DNA from: Candidatus Multivoradales bacterium
GTDB taxonomy: Bacteria; Acidobacteriota; Thermoanaerobaculia; Multivoradales; JAHEKO01
Length of the DNA: 64,000 bases
Direction: 5' to 3'
Assembly (NCBI GenBank): GCA_965248055.1
Contig: CBDFIJ010000004.1
Coordinates: 224,001 to 288,000 of the forward strand
Shown one piece after another: positions 57,615 to 64,000 of the stretch. The notes beneath the pieces were generated by a model. That model saw only the letters and a program-made list of their open reading frames with translations. It was not told the origin of the DNA and made no database searches. Position 1 is the first letter of the stretch. Every line of letters begins with the position of its first letter. The position numbers and the translations under genes were made by a program.

Positions 57615-60041
57615 GTGGCAACCGTCTCACACAGCGACACAACGGCTTCTGGTACCGGTCCAAAATTCCATCAATCGATCCCCCCCTGGGTCAAGCGCAG
57701 CGCGCTCTGGATTGGCGGAACCGTCTCGATTGGCGCCCTGGCGGGGATTGTCTTTGCCGCGTCGATCAACGTCCCTAAGGTCGACACACTAGAAGGTTTT
57801 CAACCACCGGTGATCACTCGCTTGTACGACGTAACCGGAACTTCCTTCGAGAGCTACGCTCGCGAACGACGGGTGCTGTTTGAGGTTGGGGAAGTTCCGG
57901 AAGTGATTCGCCAAGCGGTGCTCTCGGCTGAAGACTCGAATTTTTTTCGTCACGGTGGCGTCGATATCCGGGGGGTGATTCGGGCGGTGGTGGTTAATCT
58001 AACCCGTGACCGTCGCTCCCAGGGCGGCTCGACGCTCACCATGCAGCTCGCTCGCAGATTGTTCTTGAGCCCTGAGCGGGCCTGGAAGCGCAAGATTGAA
58101 GAGGCCTTCTTGTCGGTCGAAATCGAGAAGAACTACAGCAAAGAGCAGATCCTCACCTTCTACTGCAACTTAATGAATCTCGGGCATCGCAACTACGGCA
58201 TGAAGGCCGCCACGCGCTACTACTTCGACAAAGAGCCAGCTGAGCTAGAAGCTCACGAGGCGGCAATGCTCGCAGGGATTCTCCAACGGCCCGCCGACTA
58301 CAGCCCTTACCGCAATCCCGAGGACACCACCCGGCGTCGCGACTACGTGCTCAGACGGATGCGTGACGAGAGCTATCTTGACCAGCAGGCCTATGAAGCG
58401 GCGGTCGCCAAACCTCTTGAGGTAGTACCACTCCGCTACGACGTGGCGGACGCACCCTATTTCGCCGAAGAAGTGCGTAAGGATATTGAGTCTCGCTATG
58501 GCAAGGACGCCTTGTTGGAGAGTGGTCTCAACGTCTTCACCAGTATGGATCCGCGCATCCAGAGCGCAGTCGAGGCCGCTGTCCGAGCTGGGCTGCGCGA
58601 ACGGGATCGCTCGCGCGGCTGGCGCGGTGCTCATCAACGAGCCGAGGACCTAGCGGCGTATACCAATTCCACCTGGTTGCGTTTTCGTCCCGAACAAGAC
58701 CGCTGGATTGAGGGGTTGGTAATCAACTTGGACGGAGACACAGCACAGGTGAAGATTGTAGACACCACCTATTTGTTACCTCCGGAAGGCTATCGATGGA
58801 CTCGCAGGAGGTTGGGTCAAGTGCTCAAGATTGGAGACGTCGCTTGGTTTTCGTTGGTCGCCCAAGACAACGGTGGGTTTCAGCTCAACCTGGAACAACA
58901 GCCGGACTTGGAAGCCGCAGCAGTAGTGATCGAAAACGGTACCGGGGCGGTGCGCGGCATGGTTGGCGGCTGGGATTTTCAACTCAATCAATTCAATCGT
59001 GCGACCCAAGCGAGTCGCCAAGTTGGCTCTACTTTCAAAGCCTTTGTCTATGGTACGGCCTTGGAGTCTGGATTCACTCCGGCGGACACTATCTTCGACG
59101 GACCGGTGGTGTTTCCGGACGCCAGCGGGCAGGCTGGGTACAGCCCGCGCAATTTTAAGCGTACCTACCATGGCATCCTGACTCTGCGCAGTGCTTTGGA
59201 AAATTCGCGCAACGCGTCTGCAGTCAAGGTGTTGGACTTGATCGGCGTCGAGCGCGTCATCGATTTCGCCCGTAGAAGCGGCATCACTTCCGCGCTTCCT
59301 CCTTATCCCAGCTTGGCGCTGGGAGCCTCGGATTTGACCGCCATCGAGCTGGCTGGCGCCTTTTCGACCTTCGCCAATGGGGGCCTCTATGTTGCCCCTT
59401 ACTTCATTGAACGAGTCGAAGATGCAGATGGCCGCCAGCGGGAAGTCCACCGCATTGAGGCGCATCAAGCAACCTCGCCGGAGGTTGCTTACTTGCTGGT
59501 GCATATGTTGCGCGGCGTAGTCGATCGCGGTACTGCCACGTCGATTCGCAACTTGCCTTTGGACATCGCCGGCAAAACCGGCACCACCAATTCCTATAGC
59601 GATGCCTGGTTCGCCGGGATGACCCCGCAATACACCATCGTCGTCTGGGTGGGCTACGACCAAAAGAGGTCGCTGGGGACTGACGGAACCGGAGGCGCAG
59701 CAGCACTGCCGATCTGGCGGCGGATCGCGGAACGGGGACTGGAAGAGGGTTGGATGCGCTCCGAGGACAGGTTTGTCGTGCCACAGCGGGTTCGCACCGC
59801 CCCAATTGAACTACGTTCCGGATATTTGGCGGGTCCCGCGGCCGATCAGCTGTTCGATGAGGCCTTTATCGACGGTACCCAGCCGTTGCAGATCTATCGT
59901 GCCGAGCGCGGGCGAATTCTGGATCTACCTTGGTATCAACAAGAGGATCACTATCTCCCCAAAACTGGCGAGCGAATGCCGAGTCAAGTCGATGATTGGA
60001 GCCGAGTGCGAGAGCAGTGGGAAGAGCGCTCTAGCAACTAG
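57615..60041 (+). CDS. Class A penicillin-binding protein (PBP1A family)
   Basis: EDSNFFRHGG and GGSTLTMQL transglycosylase motifs, STFK, SRN and KTG transpeptidase motifs. GTG 57615 lies 6 nt after TATAAT. Confidence 0.93.
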   Translation: MATVSHSDTTASGTGPKFHQSIPPWVKRSALWIGGTVSIGALAGIVFAASINVPKVDTLEGFQPPVITRLYDVTGTSFESYARERRVLFEVGEVPEVIRQAVLSAEDSNFFRHGGVDIRGVIRAVVVNLTRDRRSQGGSTLTMQLARRLFLSPERAWKRKIEEAFLSVEIEKNYSKEQILTFYCNLMNLGHRNYGMKAATRYYFDKEPAELEAHEAAMLAGILQRPADYSPYRNPEDTTRRRDYVLRRMRDESYLDQQAYEAAVAKPLEVVPLRYDVADAPYFAEEVRKDIESRYGKDALLESGLNVFTSMDPRIQSAVEAAVRAGLRERDRSRGWRGAHQRAEDLAAYTNSTWLRFRPEQDRWIEGLVINLDGDTAQVKIVDTTYLLPPEGYRWTRRRLGQVLKIGDVAWFSLVAQDNGGFQLNLEQQPDLEAAAVVIENGTGAVRGMVGGWDFQLNQFNRATQASRQVGSTFKAFVYGTALESGFTPADTIFDGPVVFPDASGQAGYSPRNFKRTYHGILTLRSALENSRNASAVKVLDLIGVERVIDFARRSGITSALPPYPSLALGASDLTAIELAGAFSTFANGGLYVAPYFIERVEDADGRQREVHRIEAHQATSPEVAYLLVHMLRGVVDRGTATSIRNLPLDIAGKTGTTNSYSDAWFAGMTPQYTIVVWVGYDQKRSLGTDGTGGAAALPIWRRIAERGLEEGWMRSEDRFVVPQRVRTAPIELRSGYLAGPAADQLFDEAFIDGTQPLQIYRAERGRILDLPWYQQEDHYLPKTGERMPSQVDDWSRVREQWEERSSN

Positions 60042-60128
60042 AACCGAGTAGCCAGCAACGAGCAACCCTCCAACAAGAGTCGAGAGAAAACCGTTGCTAG
60101 TGGTCGGCGAGCAGCGACCGAGGTCGCG

Positions 60129-61367
60129 CTAGCTCTTGGTGCAAATCAGAGCGTAGTCCTGATATCCGTGCAGCAGCTCGTCCAAACGATCCCGAAGCTC
60201 ATTGACCTGTCCAGCCAGTGATCGTAGATCTCCCTCCAGCCCGTCCAACGGAACTTCGGGGAGTCTTTGATCTGCGCTGTAAGGTGCGAAGTCCAGGCGC
60301 TCGATCGAGCCAAAGCCGACCTCTCGGACCAACCACTCCAAAGTGTCCGGGTGAACCGGTCGGATACGGCGGGGGTCGCGCCAAAAATCCCGCGAACCAG
60401 CGACCAGGGACATCGGATTCGCGGTTTCCAAGATCACCACGCCCCCAGAACGCAGTGCTCGGTAGCTAAGTCGAACCAAGCGATCCAGATCCGCCATCGC
60501 CATGCTCTCAATGGTGTGCAAAGAGATCACCGCGGCAAGGCTATCTTGTTCACACTTTTCGAGCGTCTGCAGGGGGTATCCCTGCTCAGCAGCTAGGCCC
60601 TCTTCTTGCCACGAGGCGACAACTGTTGGGTTCGAGTCAACCCAACGCAATTGAAGTTCAGCCTCGGCGAACTGGCGCACCACTTCCCGGTTTCCGCAGC
60701 CAAATCCTAGAACCGGTCCGTCCTGGGGGATCTTTCCCAGATAAGCCGCCACCTGCAGATCTCCAGCATCGACACCTTGATCTTCAGCCAACCCAGCGTA
60801 GGTTGTCTGGCGCAAAGACTCAGCAAGTACAGCCGTCGAGGGGTTGCTCGGGTCGCCGCTGGTGGTCGCTAACGCTTCGCTCAGTGCATGTTGTAAGTCT
60901 CGGCTGCGACGCCGATAGCGGTCGAGTTTCTGATCGACACGAGAAAACAGCGCGTCGTTGTGGTTCATCACGTCTTGCAAACCGTCACGCAGGATCCGAC
61001 TCACCAACACCGCCTGATCGCGCATCTCTTGCAGTCGCCACTCACTCTCGGAGGCTGACTGCTCTAGCAGATTGCTGATTTCAGCGTCGCGATGAGCTAG
61101 ATGGTCCAGAAGGATCTGATTGAAGACCCGTTGACGATCCCAAAGATCGGCGACTGGCGCTTTGAAAAACGGACGCAGCAGGCGCTTCGCCGCGACCGCG
61201 ATGCGGCCCAGGATTCCTGGGCGGCCCTGAATCGGAAACGCCCGATCTTGCTGCCAAAGCTGCCGCCACTCGGCGAGATCGACGCCGGGGTGCTGCCCGA
61301 CCACGGCACCCGAATTCCCGTCGCTCTCGACTGCTGCGCCAGCGGGGGACTCGGGATCCAGGGTCAT
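60129..61367 (-). CDS. Coiled-coil plus class I SAM-methyltransferase-like protein
   Basis: VLGFGCG, ALRSGGVVILETANP, FWRDP and GYQDYA resemble glycan-associated methyltransferases. Confidence 0.75.
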   Translation of the reverse strand: MTLDPESPAGAAVESDGNSGAVVGQHPGVDLAEWRQLWQQDRAFPIQGRPGILGRIAVAAKRLLRPFFKAPVADLWDRQRVFNQILLDHLAHRDAEISNLLEQSASESEWRLQEMRDQAVLVSRILRDGLQDVMNHNDALFSRVDQKLDRYRRRSRDLQHALSEALATTSGDPSNPSTAVLAESLRQTTYAGLAEDQGVDAGDLQVAAYLGKIPQDGPVLGFGCGNREVVRQFAEAELQLRWVDSNPTVVASWQEEGLAAEQGYPLQTLEKCEQDSLAAVISLHTIESMAMADLDRLVRLSYRALRSGGVVILETANPMSLVAGSRDFWRDPRRIRPVHPDTLEWLVREVGFGSIERLDFAPYSADQRLPEVPLDGLEGDLRSLAGQVNELRDRLDELLHGYQDYALICTKS

Positions 61368-61814
61368 CTACTCTTCGGCTTGTACAGTGACCGAAATCTC
61401 TGGCATCACTTCTGGATGTAACACGATGCGAACCAGGTGTTCGCCCAGCGTCGTGATGCCACCCTCTAGATCAACCGATTTACGATCGACCTCGATTCCG
61501 TCCACCAGTAAAGCGTCAACGATCTCGGCAGCGGTGACAGCTCCATAAAGTTCATCGCCTTCCGAAACTTGTCGGTGCAGCACCACGGCAGCGCCTTCAA
61601 ATTTCTTGGCGGCCTCTTGGGCAATCCCGACCTCGCGCTGAAACTGAACCTCAATCTTTTTGCGAATCTGTCCAAAGTAGTTGCGATTCGCCTTCGTCAA
61701 CTCAAGTGCTAGACCTTGAGGGATCAGGTAGTTACGGGCGTAACCGGGCTTGACGTTGATCTCATCGCCACGCGCCCCCTGATGGACAACATCCTGTAAG
61801 AGAATGACTTTCAT
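61368..61814 (-). CDS. rplI: 50S ribosomal protein L9
   Basis: MKVILL…VKPGYARNYLIP and LYGAVT motifs. Confidence 0.97.
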   Translation of the reverse strand: MKVILLQDVVHQGARGDEINVKPGYARNYLIPQGLALELTKANRNYFGQIRKKIEVQFQREVGIAQEAAKKFEGAAVVLHRQVSEGDELYGAVTAAEIVDALLVDGIEVDRKSVDLEGGITTLGEHLVRIVLHPEVMPEISVTVQAEE

Positions 61815-61825
61815 CCTTCGTACCC

Positions 61826-62068
61826 CTAGTCGTTGGAAAACGGCAGCAGCGCCAAATGACGTGCTCGTTTAATTGCCTGCGCCAACATCCGTTGATGCCG
61901 TGCGGAGGTGCCCGAAATTCGTCGCGAAATGATCTTGCCGTTTTCCAAGGTCGAACGCTGCAAAATCTGCACGTCCTTGTAGTCTATGTACTCAATCCCA
62001 GCAACGGTGAACCGACAATACTTGCGACGACGGGGAGTGTCGTCCTTCTTGCGTCTTTCGCGTGGCAT
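61826..62068 (-). CDS. rpsR: 30S ribosomal protein S18
   Basis: IDYKD…[10 protein letters not shown]…[12 protein letters not shown]. Confidence 0.97.
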   Translation of the reverse strand: MPRERRKKDDTPRRRKYCRFTVAGIEYIDYKDVQILQRSTLENGKIISRRISGTSARHQRMLAQAIKRARHLALLPFSND

Positions 62069-62475
62069 TACTCGGTCTCCTCTGCCACCACTTCACCGGC
62101 TGGTGGCTCTGACGGGCCTATGCCCACTGCGGCCGCAGCCGGAACAAACTTCTTACCTTTGCGGACAGCCCGCTTGAGATCTTCGTCGGTGCGCACAGTG
62201 AGGTAGCGCAAAACTTTTTCATTCTGCATCATCCTCATCTCCACTTCACGAAACGGCGGAGTAACGTCGTCTGCGACCAGATAGAGAAAGGTGTAGTACC
62301 CCTCGGTCGCCTTGTTAATTAGGTACGCCAAGCGCCTCTTACCCCAGCTTTCTTCCTTGCTGAGCGTGACGCCGTCGACCAACACCAGTTCTTTCACTGC
62401 GTCGACGATTTCTACGTTTTCTTCTTCTGCCACTCGCCCATCTACGACGAGAGTCAATTCATAAGTCCGAGCCAT
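62068..62475 (-). CDS. rpsF: 30S ribosomal protein S6
   Basis: YEL…[10 protein letters not shown]…VLRYL, with SD GGGAGG. Confidence 0.96.
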   Translation of the reverse strand: MARTYELTLVVDGRVAEEENVEIVDAVKELVLVDGVTLSKEESWGKRRLAYLINKATEGYYTFLYLVADDVTPPFREVEMRMMQNEKVLRYLTVRTDEDLKRAVRKGKKFVPAAAAVGIGPSEPPAGEVVAEETE

Positions 62476-62487
62476 GGTTAATTAAAA

Positions 62488-62535
62488 CCTCCCTTTGGCT
62501 TGCAGCGACGCCCCCAATCGGACGCAGCAGGAAGG
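62488..62535 (-). promoter_or_regulatory. Putative S6:S18 ribosomal protein leader
   Basis: CCUUCC can pair with the rpsF SD GGGAGG, enclosing an inner hairpin and an unpaired CCA. Confidence 0.45.
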
Positions 62536-62626
62536 CGATACCGATTGGTACCGCGTTCGTTTGAGCGCAGAGTTTACCAAATCCCTCTGCGCTTTGAGCA
62601 ATCCGAATGTCGTCCCCGCGGGAAAT

Positions 62627-62721
62627 GGGGACACAATCGTTTGATTGAGCCGGAAAGCTCTCCCAACCCATTCCTCTTGGAGAACGGCTATTCGTTTCAG
62701 CTTCGCCTAAGTTGTGTCCCC
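62627..62721. repeat. 95-bp element bounded by GGGGACACAA / TTGTGTCCCC
   Basis: Perfect 10-bp inverted ends at 62627 and 62712, between hppA and rpsF. Confidence 0.8.
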
Positions 62722-62735
62722 GTCTACAGCCAACC

Positions 62736-64000
62736 CTACAGCAGCGGCGCGATAACGAGAGCGACCACCGACATCAACTTAATCAAAATGTTGAGGCTGG
62801 GGCCGGCGGTGTCCTTAAACGGATCACCTACGGTGTCACCAACCACAGAAGCCTTGTGCGCATCGGAGCCCTTGCCACCGAATGCACCACCCTCAATATA
62901 TTTTTTGGCGTTATCCCAAGCACCACCAGCGTTGGCCATGAAGATTGCCATGGTTACACCGGAAACGGTGACGCCAGCAAGCAGACCACCCAAGGCTTCG
63001 ATGCTGTAGAAACCAACCGCTACCGGAACCACAATTGCCATCAAGCCAGGGAGCACCATCTCCTTGATCGCAGCATCGGTAGAAATCTCGACGCAGCGAG
63101 CGTAGTCGGCAGTTCCGGTACCTTCCATCAGTCCCGGAATCTCCTTGAACTGGCGCCGCACCTCTTCGATCATGCGAAAGGCCGCACGGCCCACCGCCTG
63201 CATCGCCATCGACGAGAACAAGAACGGCAACATGGCACCGATGAACAGGCCGCCCATGACCAAAGGCTTACCCAAATCCAGCACAGTCAACCCCACCTGA
63301 GTCTTGAACGCAGCAAACAGCGCCAAAGCAGTGAGTGCTGCCGAACCGATCGCGAAGCCCTTACCAACTGCCGCAGTGGTGTTACCCACAGCGTCCAATT
63401 TGTCGGTACGCACTCGCACCTCACTGCCCAAATGACTCATCTCGGCAATTCCTCCAGCGTTGTCAGCAATCGGGCCGTAGGCGTCAACCGCCAATTGAAT
63501 GCCGATGGTTGAGAGCATGCCGAGCGCGGCGATCGCGATGCCGTACAGTCCGGCGAACTTAAATGCCACCAGGATCGCGCCCACCAAAACAATCACCGGA
63601 AGTGCCGTCGACTTCATGCCCACCGCGAGTCCACCAATGATGGTGGTTGCTGCGCCGGTCTGGCTGTCCCTGGCGATCGATTGTGCAGGGCCACGTGCCT
63701 CCGAGGTGTAGTACTCGGTGATCAGCCCAATCGCGACTCCGGCCAACAGGCCACCCAAGGTGGCAATGAACACACCCCGACCGGTGAACTCAACGCCGCC
63801 GGGAATCGTGTAGGAGCCAGCCAACAAGTAGTCAACCAGGAAGTAGGTCACCACCAGCATCACGCCGGCGGCGGAAAAAGTACCCCAATTGAGAGCGCGC
63901 TGCGGGTCTCCCCCCTCCTTGGTGCGCACCAGAAAGGTACCCAGAATCGACACCAAAATGCCGACGCCGGCAATCACCATCGGCAATGCCAGCAGTTCCG
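62736..64000 (-). CDS. hppA: Membrane-bound Na+/H+-translocating pyrophosphatase, 5'-truncated by window edge
   Basis: [31 protein letters not shown] and [10 protein letters not shown] motifs. Confidence 0.95.
   Translation of the reverse strand, partial: ELLALPMVIAGVGILVSILGTFLVRTKEGGDPQRALNWGTFSAAGVMLVVTYFLVDYLLAGSYTIPGGVEFTGRGVFIATLGGLLAGVAIGLITEYYTSEARGPAQSIARDSQTGAATTIIGGLAVGMKSTALPVIVLVGAILVAFKFAGLYGIAIAALGMLSTIGIQLAVDAYGPIADNAGGIAEMSHLGSEVRVRTDKLDAVGNTTAAVGKGFAIGSAALTALALFAAFKTQVGLTVLDLGKPLVMGGLFIGAMLPFLFSSMAMQAVGRAAFRMIEEVRRQFKEIPGLMEGTGTADYARCVEISTDAAIKEMVLPGLMAIVVPVAVGFYSIEALGGLLAGVTVSGVTMAIFMANAGGAWDNAKKYIEGGAFGGKGSDAHKASVVGDTVGDPFKDTAGPSLNILIKLMSVVALVIAPLL

Overview
GC-rich bacterial chromosome segment. 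Gene content and synteny suggest Acidobacteriota, possibly Thermoanaerobaculia (inference). It is mostly housekeeping: fadJ (partial), rodZ, a large GreA, an ECF sigma/anti-sigma pair, an amidase, pilT, lexA, radC, a MATE pump, a ~17-kb minus-strand run from rpsA through lpxB, gmk, rpoZ, coaBC and thrC to a thiolase and a VPS10-type protein, then queG, ldh, cmk, rluB, scpAB, trpS, recG, rnpB, uvrBC, a class A PBP, rplI-rpsR-rpsF and hppA (partial). Accessory parts are an M4 protease with a knottin-like tail, a DUF2891-NRAMP-pxpABC cluster interrupted by an intact IS5-family element, and a decayed toxin-antitoxin islet. That islet holds a RelE-like gene missing from the ORF track, plus hicB and a frameshifted hicA. 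Non-coding signals are a dispersed GGGGACACAA/TTGTGTCCCC inverted-repeat family (7 copies at 3 intergenic loci), a 120-bp MITE-like element, and a recurrent TAnnnT-N6-start (leaderless) architecture. PilT appears to hide an internally initiated coiled-coil protein. I saw no CRISPR array, rRNA or tRNA. I cannot establish a complete new system from sequence alone. The best leads are the repeat family, the hidden TA islet, the nested PilT product and the knottin-tailed protease.
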